NCBI RefSeq assembly: GCF_028641065.1
Contig: NC_073400.1
Location: 29,512,001 to 29,576,000 of the forward strand
Origin: Leucoraja erinacea
Taxonomy: Eukaryota
Reading direction: 5' to 3'
Length of the DNA: 64,000 nt
In this document: in pieces, positions 36,168 to 48,300 of the stretch
Numbering within the stretch: the first letter of the stretch is position 1
Layout of the letters: each line of letters opens with the position of its first letter
Notes under the pieces: generated by a model
Told to the model about the DNA's origin: nothing
Databases searched by the model: none
Seen by the model: only the letters and a program-made list of their open reading frames with translations
Made by a program: the position numbers and the translations under genes

Positions 36168-38244
36168 GAGCTATTTTCAATTCGGTGTGAGTTTTGGGCA
36201 ATACTCGCTTCACCACTGTATTCAGATTACACTGCTTTAATCTGTTCTATACTTTGTCAAAGAAGGACACAAAATGCTGGAGTAACTCAGCAGGTCAGGC
36301 AGCATCTCTGGAGAAAATGGACAGGTGGCCTTTGAGGTTGGGACCCTTCTTCAGATGGTCTGTGGAAAGGTCCGGACCATAAATGGCACCAATCCATTTT
36401 CGCCAGAGATGTTTCTTGACCATCTGAGTTACTCTAGCATTTTGGGTTAGTCTTTGGTATAAACTGGCATCTTTTTATAGCTCTACTTTGTCAAACTCTT
36501 TCTGAATGGTTTTGTTCAATTCATCAAGTGTCATGGGTGATGGGGAGAAGGGAGGAGAGTGGTGTTTGGAGGGAGAGGTAAATCAGCGATGATTGAATGG
36601 TGGAGTAGCCTTGATGGGTCAAATTGTCTGCTCCTATCACTAATGACCTTATGAATTCCACTCCCATCACCAATCTCTTTCATCCGCAAGTATAATGAAT
36701 GGGCCTAGACCATGCATACAAATGATAAAATGGCACTGCTTCCCATTCTTGTCATACCCACCCTCATTCCCTCCACCCACAAGTTCCCCAACCCTCCCAT
36801 CATCATTCCTTGCAAGGGGCAGCCTAAACACATCACACCCCATTGTCTCTGGGCCAAAATATAATGTGTTCAAGTCCATAAAGGGGCAATGGATCAAGCA
36901 AGAACATGGGTTCAAGTGGATAGTGGGCTAAGTCAGAGATGCCCAAGATGCAGCAGACGTAAGTTCAATTGGAAATGTTGATCTTTGCAGCATTGCTACA
37001 GGACCTCTTCTCAAATCTAGAGGTACTCTGTTAGAAAGATACAAAGTTCTTACAGAGCAGCAGAGTGCAGGTGAAGGGATGAGGTTTTCCTTGTCTCAAT
37101 TATCCAAACGCAGTGAGGGGGGTTAAGTAGGGCCAAAGGGCCTGTTTCGGCGTTGTATGAATCTATGACTCCAATGCAATCTAGCCTGGGAACAATTGTT
37201 TCTTAGATATCAAAGGATCTATGGACATAGAACTAGTACAGGTTATTGTCATGATAATGGATAAGCTATGATTTTAATGCATAGTGTCGTCATGAAGGAC
37301 CTAGTGGGGCCTGACATATTTGTACATTAATTTTTTCACCCTACAATACACATTTATTTGTGTACAACACATTTCCAGTCAATGCACCAACACATCAAAG
37401 GCCAACGTGCTATGGAATGAAACATTGAGTGTGAGCTGCATCTTGCTGGTGGCAACGTGCTTCCAGTTAATATGAGCAGTTGAGCAAAACACACAAAAAA
37501 AAAACACTTCAGTGGGTCAAGCAGCATCTCTGAAAGGAAGTGGACAGATGACATTTCAGGCCAGGACCCTACTTCAGACTGGTGTTACTTTTCTCAGAAT
37601 ATGACTGCAGCAGAAATTCCCAAACAACCAATGTTCATAGGTTCATACGTTTTAGTGCAGAATTAGACCTTTCGGCCATTCAAGTCTACTCCACAATTCA
37701 ATCATGGCTGATGTATCTTCCCCTCCCAACCCCATTCTACTGCCTTCTCGTTATAACCCCTGACACCCACACTGATAAGGAATCTGTCAATATCTGCCTC
37801 AGATATATCCATTGACTTGGCATCTGCAGTTTTCTGGTAAAATAAATTCCACAGATTTACCACCTTCTAACGAACGAAATCTAGCCCATATCACTCTAAA
37901 CCTATCCTGTCCAGCGTCCCTCAGGTTCCTATTAAATCTTTGCCCCTCACCTTAAATCTATGTCCTCTGGTTCTCAAACTATGTCCTCTGGTTCTCAGGT
38001 ATTCAGCAAGAACATGTAGAATATAAGAATGTTAGCTCAGGGAGAGCACCTTGCCCTGGCAGGTCAGTGGGTTTCAGGTAGAACACAGTGGCACAGCGGT
38101 AGAGTTGCTGCCTTACAGCGCCTGATACCCAGGTTCGATGCTGACTTCAGTTGCTGTTTGTATGGAATTTGTTCATTCCCCCTGTGTCCGGATAAGTTTT
38201 CTCTGGGTGCTCCAATTTCCTCCTACTCTACAAAGACATACAGG

Positions 38245-38985
38245 CCATCGACTTAACTTTGCAGTTTACTTGCCGGTTTGCAAGCACGAGTAGAGGAGGG
38301 TGGGGTTTTAAGAGTTAATGTGTACATAACAGATTGCAATTTGCGCGTGGTGAGTCTGCTTTACTTATTTAGAATTGCTAACTAATAATGGTTTTGCAGA
38401 ACTGAAAACGGTGTTATGACTAAAAAGGGAAGAGACCCGATACCAAATAGTACTGCAGAGAAAAACACATCTGTTCTAAACCGGTGCAGAAATGTGCTGA
38501 TTGTGTGATTAACTGGACCCGTGCTACTCATGTATAAATATACTGCCTGTGCACAGAATAATTGAGTGGGACCGCGATGGGCAACGATTATGTAACCATA
38601 CTCGTGGATGCTCTCCCACTCCCGCATGCGCAATAAAGGGCAATTGTTACATTCTTAAAATGTGGTTTGTTGTTTGATAGCGAGGATAGAAATTTAACAT
38701 TGGTGTAGTTGGCAGGATCTCGCTGGGACCATCTCCGACGACTGAGTAAGCGGCTGCTGTCTGGCCGGGACCTCGAGGGGTGTGAGAAGTGCACTATCGG
38801 ATCCATTGAGTCTTAACTCCCGAACGAGGTCCCGGGAAACCGCGGTCCCCGAGGTTGATCTGGCTTCCAGCCGAGATCCACAAGAACCAGAAGTAAGAGA
38901 AACATCTTTATAATCGACAAGGGGTAGGTTAATTGAACATTCAGACGAAGAAGAATGGGGTCTGTGTAAATTAAGATATTAATTG
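38245..38985 (+). mobile_element. LTR retroelement/ERV fragment: 5' LTR part + tRNA-Ser PBS + leader
   Basis: TATAAA 38533, AATAAA 38632, LTR end ...aaca 38699, PBS TGGTGTAGTTGGCAGGAT 38701-38718 (16/18 to the complement of the vertebrate tRNA-Ser 3' end); outer boundaries approximate. Confidence 0.7.
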
Positions 38986-41226
38986 GACACTCCCATCGTA
39001 ATTCCTTACAAGGGTCTGTCTAAGCACACCACAACTCATTGTCTCTGGGCTAAAATATTGTGGATTCAAATCTGTAAAGATGCAATGGATCAGCAAGAAC
39101 ATAGGTTCAAGTGGATAGTGGGTTAAGGCAGATAAGCCCAAGACGTAAAATGATCGTAAAACCTAGGTAAGTGGCCTCACTGAAACTTGGTCTAGTGAGG
39201 ATTTTAGCTGCCTCAGTGACCAGTTGCAAATAAAATGATCTTAATTGAGCCCATTCCTAGATAGTGCCTAGCTAAGGGGAAATGGGGAGTTGGAGGGGAG
39301 TAATGTAGCGTGGAACTGCAGAACTATTCATAGCTTTTATAGCCTATTAGTGCAAGAAGTGAGTCACGTGTGTTTTATTGTCATACAGTGTGTACTTGCA
39401 GCAGCACAACAGAGTAATATACACGATTTCCTTTATCTTTTGTACTCCCTGAGAATGCAAGTTGGAGGTAGGAGAGGAAGGTAATGTCGATGTGGTTGTG
39501 TAAAAGGCACTGAATGTTTTGTATCTGAGGGCATCAGCCCCAGGATATGTGTAACCAAAGTTGGCCAATTTGTAATAAAATAATTGGTTCTGAAAACAAT
39601 CCCAAAGTCCACGTGAAATGTTCCCGTCTACAACGTCCCTCCCCAGTAAATGAGCACATGACCTACGAGCACCTCAGTGCCAACTGGTAGAGTACGTCAC
39701 TGCCTGAGCTGCAAGTTTCTGGGTGAGATCCGAAACCAAGAAGATTCAACTGTCATGGCCACATAAACCCTCCCACAAAAAAAGGCCATTTCTGTAGCAG
39801 AAGTAAGTTCGATTGGAAATGCTGGTCTTAGCAGCATTGCTACATGACCTCGTCTCAACTCTAGAGGTTCAAAATATACAAAGTTGTTTCAGAACAGGAG
39901 AGTGCAGGTGAAGGGATGAGGTATTCCTTGGCTCAATTGTCCAGATGCATTCAGGAGGGGTAAGTTGGGCCGAAGGGCATGTTTCTGCGTTGTGTGACTC
40001 TATGACTCCAATACAATCTAGCCTGGGAACAATTGTTTGTTAGATATTACGGGATCTATGGAAGTAGAACTAATATTGGATATTGACATGATGAAGGATA
40101 AGCTATGATTGTAATGCGTCGTGTAGTTATGAAGGACCGAACGGAGCCTGACATATTTGTTCCTTAATTTGTTCACCCAAAAATACATTTGATTTGAACA
40201 AATTTCCAGTCAGTGTGCAAACACATCAAAGGCCAACGTGCTATGTAAATAAAATGTTAGGTGCTGAGTCAAATGTGTGAGCTGCATCTTGCTGTGGTCA
40301 ACGTGCGTCCTGTTAAAATGAGCAGTGAGCAAAACACAAAAAAAAAACACTTCAGTGGGTCAAACAGCATCGTTGAAAGGAAATGGACAGTTGACATTTC
40401 AGGTCAGGACCCTACTACAGACTGGTGTTATTTTTCTCAGAATATGACGGCAGCAGAAACCCACAAACATACAATGTGGATAGGTTCATAAGTTCTACGT
40501 GCAGAATTAGGCTTTTCAGCCCATCAAGTCTATTCCGCCGTTCCTTCATGGCTGACCTATCTACCCCTCTCAACTTCATTCACCTTGCTTCACCCATAAC
40601 CCCTGACTCCCAAACTAATCAGGAATATGCCAATCTCTGCCTAAAAAAATATCAATTGAATTGCCTTCCATGGTCGTCTATTGAAATGAATTCCACAAAT
40701 TCACCACCCTCTGACTAAGGAAATGTGGCCCATATCACTCTAAATCCTGTCCAACTTCCTTCAAGTTCCTATCAAATCTTTTTTCCCTCACCCTAAACCA
40801 ATGTCCTCAGCTTCTCCAACTATGTCCTCTGGTTCTCAAGTATTCAGTAAGAACATGTAGAGTATAAGAATGTTAGCTCAGGGAGTGCACCTTGCCCTGG
40901 CAGGTCAGTGGGATTTGTGTAGAACATAGTGGCACAATGGTAGAATTACTGCAGTACAGCGCCTGAGACAAAGGTGCGATGCTGACCTCGGGTGTCTATG
41001 TGGAGTTTGTACGTTCTCCTTGTGTCCGCATGGGTTTTCTCTGGGTGCTCCGGCTTCCACCCACACTCCCAAGACATGCAGGTTTGTAGGTTAATTTGCA
41101 CAGTGAAGTGTATACGGGGTGAACACTGGTAGGCGCGGACTCGGTGGGCCGAAGAGTCTGTTTCCACGCTGTATTTATTTAAATTTGTCTTGCCAATTGC
41201 ACACTACAGAAGTAGATGGATAACAG
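38986..41226 (+). repeat. Second copy of an intergenic segment duplicated between genes 3 and 4 (partial copy ~36795-38244; another copy ~60575-63546)
   Basis: Shared colinear blocks such as cattgtctctgggc...aaggggcaatggatcaagcaagaa and gttagctcagggagagcaccttgccctggcagg. Confidence 0.8.
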
Positions 41227-42348
41227 AACGAAATCGTTGCAGCAGATGTACAAAGTCAGCAAATGACATGTACATGAACACGACCCTGATCATTTATTAG
41301 CTCTGGATTGCAGAGAAGACAAGTTACCAATTCAATTCACCGTGCATATTCTATCTTGCTTTAACTTCACTAAGTGTATCACTTCGCCCTTGTTTGAGTT
41401 ACATTACACATGTCAGTTACATTCCACATCCCGCTTTCCCAGCTGATCTCCATCCTGTGGTAATTCTAGACAAACTTCTTCACAGTCCACTACACCATTA
41501 ATTGTCATTTTCAAAACGTGAATATCATGACAATAGTGTTTCAAAGTTTAAATTGAAGAGTTGAAGCAGAGAGGAGAGCGTCAAACTCCAATTAACCTCA
41601 GCCGATTTCAGGTGAAAATCCCCTAGTTCCTCCCACCAGCTTCCTGTTTTGCCCCTTGTCAACAGCAATATGCCACAGCAAACGTTTCAATGATTATATT
41701 TTTCATTTGCCGGTCCACGTACAAAATCATCAAGAGGGAATGATCCGGAAGTGTACACATCTTAGACGTTTCTACTCTTCTCAATGTCATATTTTATGCA
41801 ACGTCTCATTGTTTACATGAAGGGTCCCGACCCAAGACGTCACTTATCCACTTTCTCCAGAGGTGCTGCCTGGCCCGCAGAGTTGCTCATGCATTTTTTT
41901 TGTTGTCTGTCATTATTCCCACCACCGTTCAGTGTTAACAGTCTCTGAGTACAGAGATAACCGCCGCTCCATCCCTACGGATACATCACACTTGACGAGT
42001 GGCTAAAGCAGCTGAAATACAAACGTGTATAGGTCCATGAATAGGGAAGGTTTGGGGAGATGTGGATCGAGCGTAGGCAAATTTGACCAACTTAGATGAG
42101 CATGTTGGTCTAACGCGTTGGGGAGGAGGGCCTGTTTCCCGCTGTGTGACTCTGTGAACATCTGGCCCAACCATTTGTTAAATATAACCCTGAGCCTTTC
42201 ACACCACATCATGTCGAGCTGCTACTGGCTCGCTGTGATTCAGGATCTGACGTCCTGTTCCCTTCTTCCTCAATACTATTTGGGAGATGCGGATGTATCT
42301 GAGAACTCAGAGCTGAGCGACAGGCAGACAAGTGCTGGTCTTGTCACT

Positions 42349-42397
42349 ATGGATAAAACAATGTGGATTCCCATTCTTCTCATCTCCTCGCTGCCCG
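42349..42397 (+). CDS. Gene 4 leader exon
   Basis: MDKTMWIPILLISSLP, gtgagt donor. Confidence 0.88.
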
Positions 42398-45300
42398 GTG
42401 AGTGAAAGCCAGATGTTGATATTCCAATGTTCAATGTTAGTTGTGGTCCCGTGCACCCTTTCCACAGCACAGATGGTTAAGTGTGTGTAGACATGTAATG
42501 GGGGAAATGGAACTCAGTGCATTGTGGTGATGGATCTGAAATCACATTTGAATATCTAGACTATGTTCGTGTTTAACAACTCTCTAATTGCATTATGATG
42601 CTAGTTTAAATTGAGAATATAAACTGTCCCAGATGAGCAGCGGGACATTTGGCTCCCAATTCAGTTTAGTTTATTGTCACGTGGACCGAGGTACAGTGAA
42701 AAGCATTTTTGTTGCTTGCTAACCAGCCAGCAGAAAGACAATACGTGATTACAATCGATGCTCATACAGTGCATAGGAAGGAAATAACGTTTAGTGTAAG
42801 ATAAAGTCAGCAAAGTATGATCAAGGGTAGTCCGAGGGTCATCAGAGAGGTAGATGGGAGTTCAGCACCGCTCTCTGTTCCTGGTTGGATGATTCAGACG
42901 CCTGATAACAGCTGGGAAGAAACTGTCCCTGAATCTGGCGGTGTGCGTTTTCACGCTAGTAACGTTCTCCAGTAAGGGACCCGCTTTATTGTAACCCGTC
43001 CGTCCTCTGTCCTCAGTCAGGGCGTTGTAAAGGCGGTGAATGTCTAAACACGGGTCCGGCCCAGTGTCGGTTGAGAGATGAATGTTGGCAGCGCAGCCGG
43101 CGGCACCGCCAATGAAATAGCAAAGTGGGGTCTTTCTGTGGGGTGAGAGGCCGGGCACCGCCTGGGATTGTTGAAAGGCAGCTCCTGCAACACTGCCGCG
43201 CTCCGTTAGTACCGCACTGCGATTCCAGCCCAGTTTCTGCTCAGGGATCTGGAGTGGGAAGTGAACCCTAATTGTACTGAGCCGGGGACAGAACACTGAC
43301 ACAATGGTTCAATAACAGCACTGCCTGCACTTCAGACCGGAGACATTGGCCGTGAAGCAATATGACACATCATGGAACGTCTTAAGTTTTCTTTCATGTA
43401 ATCTTCAAAATGTATCTATTTCCATTGAACAGTTCATTTGCTCTCCATATGAAAGTTTCTCCCCTCAGTTTCAGGTGCAGTGTGGGGAGAGGCGTATGTA
43501 ACAGGAGTTGTGGGAAGAGCGATCACAATCGATTGTCACTATGGAGCAGAGTACCGCTCACACACAAAATACTGGTGTGATTGGAGGAGGAGCCCGTGTA
43601 GAGTTTTAGTGGATACAAATGGGCAACACGGACGGAGTGGAAGAGTGTCAATCACAGATAATCCGGCACGAGGAACATTTACTGTGACTGTGGAGAATCT
43701 TCACTCTGAAGATGCAGGATGGTACAGATGTGGAATTAGAACATCTGGCGGCCATCCAATGTTTAACGTTTATCTCCGAGTATCTGACGGTACGTTTCGC
43801 AGCGATTGACTTGACGTCTCCACTGAAATGCCTGATCCATGTTTTCCCCGGGAAGGGTCAGGGCAGCACCGATATCCCGAGGCTCCGCAGCAGTGCAGAG
43901 ACCTGCGGGGAGCGGGCGGGGGTCGGGAAACCCCACTCATGTTGCTCTCATCCAATACGGACTCTGTCCCACTGAGCGGCCACCCACGTCAAGTGGGATG
44001 CTCAGCACATTTCCCTGCGTCTGAACTGTATGAAATGTCACCCTGTCCGAGGTTTGCATTCCCACTCAAACTAATGATCCGACAGATCAGTGAGAAACAA
44101 GTGTTGCTCGCGGTCTGAATACCCGGAGAATAATAAACAGGGAATCAGACCCCAGAGCTCAACAGACTGCGTTCAGTCCTCCCGGGACAGGCCAGCCCGC
44201 TCCCCGCCCCCACCTCAGGGATCAGTCACTTCCTCCCCACCCCGCGCTCTCTCTCTCCCTCTGCCCCGTCAATGCGCCCCCACCCCCAACAGCCACTGTC
44301 CACCCACCGCCCGGCAGTCAGCCAGCCTCTCCACACGGACATTTCCCCGGTGGCAATTCATCTTTCGCCCCATCAGCCGTCGCACACAGCACACAGTCCT
44401 CCGAAATGTTCGCCACCTCCAACGGGATCCCACAACTTGCCACGTCTTCCATCTCCACCGCTTTCTGCTTTCCGATGACATCGTTCCCACCGCAACTCCC
44501 AGGTCAACTCGGCTTTCCCCACCCAAACCACCCCGTCCCCAGGTGCCTTCCCCTACAACTGCAGCGGATGCAACACCTGTCCCTATACCTTCTCCGTCTA
44601 CTCCGTCCAAGGATACAAACAGTCTTTTCGGGCGAGGCAGAGGTTCACTTGCATCTCCTCCAACCTCATCAACTACATCCGCTGTTCCAGGTGTGAACTC
44701 CTATATATCGGCGAGACCACGCGCAGACTCCGCTCAGTCAGCCTCAAACTACGCTATGTCCCGATTGTTAAACAGTTTAATTCCCCCTCTCATTCCCAAA
44801 CTCCTTTCCGGCTTGGACCTCCTCCACTGTCAGAGTGAGGTCAAAGACAAATTGGAGGAACAGAACCTCATATTTCGCTTGGGCAGCTTACACCCCAGTG
44901 CTTTGAGCGACAGGATACAAGACAAGTCAAGTTTATTTGTCACAAGATGTGCAGTGAAATGAAAGTGGCAATGCCAGCGGATTGTGCACAAACTGCACAA
45001 CAGAATAGAATAGAATCAGTATTTACATGTTAGAAAAGTTTTTTTTTTGTAAAGCCACAACACAACAGTAAACTAGTCCCTGGTGAGATAAGACTTTAAA
45101 ATCCTGATGGCCTGTGAGAAGAAACTCCGTCTCATCCTCTCTGTTTTCACAGCATGACAGCGGTGGCGTTTGCCTGACCGTAGCAGCTGAAACAGTCCGT
45201 TGTTGGGGTGGTAGGGGTCCCCCAGAATGTTGCTGGCTCTGGATCTGCACCTCCTGGTGTCTACGTCCTGCAGGGGGGCGAGTGTAGTTCCCATAGTACG

Positions 45301-48300
45301 TTCGGCCGAACGCACTGCTCTCTGCAGAGCTTTCCTGTCCCAGGCAGAGCTGTTCCCAAACCAGACTGTGATGTTGCCGGCCAAGATGCTTTCTACAGCC
45401 AGAGTCGAAGCGCTGGAGGATCCTCAGAGAGACTCTGAATTTCCTCAGCTGCCTGGGGTGGTAAAGGCGCTGCCTTGCCTTACTCACCAGTGCGGCAATG
45501 TGTGTTGTCCATGTCAGATCCTCCGTGATGTGGACTCCCAGGTGTTTAAAGCAGCTCGTGTGCTGGCCTTGTCATTATGGATAAAACAATGAACTTCAAG
45601 TAACTCTTGCTTTACTCCTCTCCATCCCGCCCCATCCTAGTTCTCCAATTAGTTTCACTGTCATCCTGATTATATTTTACTGATTGTATGCCTCGTTGTC
45701 ACCTTCCCTTCAGTCAACAATGATCCATTCTACATGTTCCTTTAACTTTGTCACCTTTGATCACTTGTTTTCACACCTTACCCTTCCATTTCTCCCTGTC
45801 CCTGTCCCACGACTCTCATAGAAACATAGAAATTAGGTGCAAGAGCAGGCCATTCGGCCCTTCGAGCCTGCAACGCCATTCAATATGATCATGGCTGATC
45901 ATCCAACATAGTATCCTGTACCTGCCTTTTCTCCATACTCCCTGATCCCTTTAGCCACAAGGGCCACATCTAACTCCCTCTTAAATATAGCCAATGAACT
46001 GGCCTCAACTACCTCCTGTGGCAGAGAATTCTCAAGCTGAAGAACGGTGTGGACCCGAAACGTCAGCCATTCCTTCTCTCGAGAGATGCTGCCTGCTCCG
46101 CTGAGTTACTCCAGCATTTTGTGTCTATCTTAAAGGGATCGTAATTAATTTTCACCTTAAAATTCCAACGCATTGAACAGGGTTTTTGGTACGCTGGTCT
46201 TCATCAGTGAGAACATTCAGAACATAATTTGAGATAATATGCTTCAGATTTGCAGATGTTGAGTCCACACTATGGGAATTGTGTTCAGCTTTAGTCCCTC
46301 AGCTCCAAGAAAAGTGCCGTTGAGGTGGACAGCGTGCAGAAAGGTTTTAGGGCGACGCTGCCTGGACAGGATGTGATTGACGCAGGGAGCGATTGGTCAA
46401 ACTCAGACTTCATTCCTTGGCGTGGAAATGATTGAGCGAGGAACTTATAGAAATGTATCAATCACGAGAAGCATGTTCATTTTCCCACGATGTGTGGGAT
46501 GAGAAAGTGGAGGACAGAGGTAATGGGAACTATTTAAAGAGGAGGGAATAGTAAGGTGTCACTTACTGTAATGGCATGTTTTGTACAGATGAGTGGCCGA
46601 AGCTGAACACGATTCGCCCAAGTTCGACCTCAACAACATATGTACAACTGAAACATAACATCCCAACTTCTGTTCTGAGGGACAACATAGTCCACGCATT
46701 GGGTGATATTTATATGGAACCTGCTGCCAGAGGAGGTTGTTGAGGCACTTAGAATAACAGCATTTAAATACATTTTAGGACAGTTGCGTAGATTGGGGTC
46801 ATTGCGAGTGATAAGGGAGAAACGTGGACATATAGCTATGGCCTAGAAATACATGTTGGTCGGCATGAATGAGCTGTTGTGATGGGCATCTTTCGGTTCT
46901 CTATGACTCTAACCTTCTTGGGTTTCTGGGCTTCGCATACTCACAGAGATGTAGATGAGCCGGTGAGATGTCAACCGGACGGTTCGGGCTGAGATAAAGG
47001 GCTGCTGAGATTTAGCACGTGTTTGGTTTTTAACTGTTCATACAGGTGACAGAATGGTTGTTCCATTCCCACAGAACTCTTGTCTACTCCTGTGCTCAGA
47101 TATCTGTCACCAGCAAATGCCTCACGTCTCGGAGGCTCAGTGTCAGTGTCGTGTGAGTCTGTCCGTGGATCCCTTCCCATCCGTTACACATGGTGTGAGA
47201 AGAACGTGTATGGGTGTTCAACGATCTTGTATGACAATCAACTGGATCTGAGTTGTGAAATCCTCGGAGGTCGACACCGTCAATATTACTGCACAGCCTC
47301 AAATAATCATGGGGGGAAATCCAGTGAAATACTCAACGTGAAAGTCTTCAAAGGAGCAGGAACGTGCAGTTATGTGACAGAAATGAACAATACAGGTGAG
47401 TGTTATTTTCCCGTGGGAATATTGTTTCACAATTCTTCTCGTGTTCTTGTAGCTGCTGCTTTTCACCTTGTGGTGATGGTCGTGGGTTTCTAGGTATTTG
47501 CAGGCAGCATCATTGCAGCCACCTGAGCTCATGGTGCAACATGCGAGAGTTTGTTTGGAGGACTGGCAAATAATTGCCTGTTGCTTTCACCTGGGAGGTG
47601 TTGAGCTTCAAAAGGAGAGAAAGACCTGCACTTATCACAACGGGTCGAGAGCATTCCACCAAATTTCTGCCTAAAAATGATTTTCTGGCTGCCGCTTAAG
47701 ATCTCATATTCACTTTGAGACAGAGAAAGCAATCAAATGCATTCTATGTGGATCCATCATCATTTATAACCAAGGATGTACAACTTCATCATCATGTTCA
47801 TATTTTTCACTCTGTTCATTTGTGTGAATCACACGAACTCCAGTAATCTCACAAAATTAAAGTGGAATCTACTTGGCCGTCATTCCATCAAGTAGGTGTG
47901 GAGACGCTCACAGTCCAGAATAGAGTGTGAATGGTTTACAACAGCGAGACCAAACGCAGCCAAGGCCAGTGCATCTTAAACTATTTCAGTTTCATTCACC
48001 CTTGAGTCTTTATCACAAAATTTCATTCACCCTCGACTAAATTTTCTTATGTATTTTTGGTCATTTTCGTCTTATTCTCTCTTGTGTATAATTCTTTATA
48101 TAATTTATTTAGTCACATGAGCAAAAAACATAATCACCCCAAAATAATTTCATTCACCCTTGGGTGAACCATTCATCAGTTTAAGAAGCACTGGCCTAGG
48201 CCACAGTTTCGCTGAACACTTGTGCTTGGTTTGTCATGACCCAGAATCGCGCTTGAAAGACACCCCATCCTCAACCTCCCCCGCTGATGCAGAGCAGCAG

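Noticed and set aside
44090-44962. 290-aa Pro/Ser-rich ORF that could pass for a mucin stalk
   Set aside because: Out-of-frame read of a degenerate Penelope element plus C-rich intron; not open in the gene 3 paralogous intron
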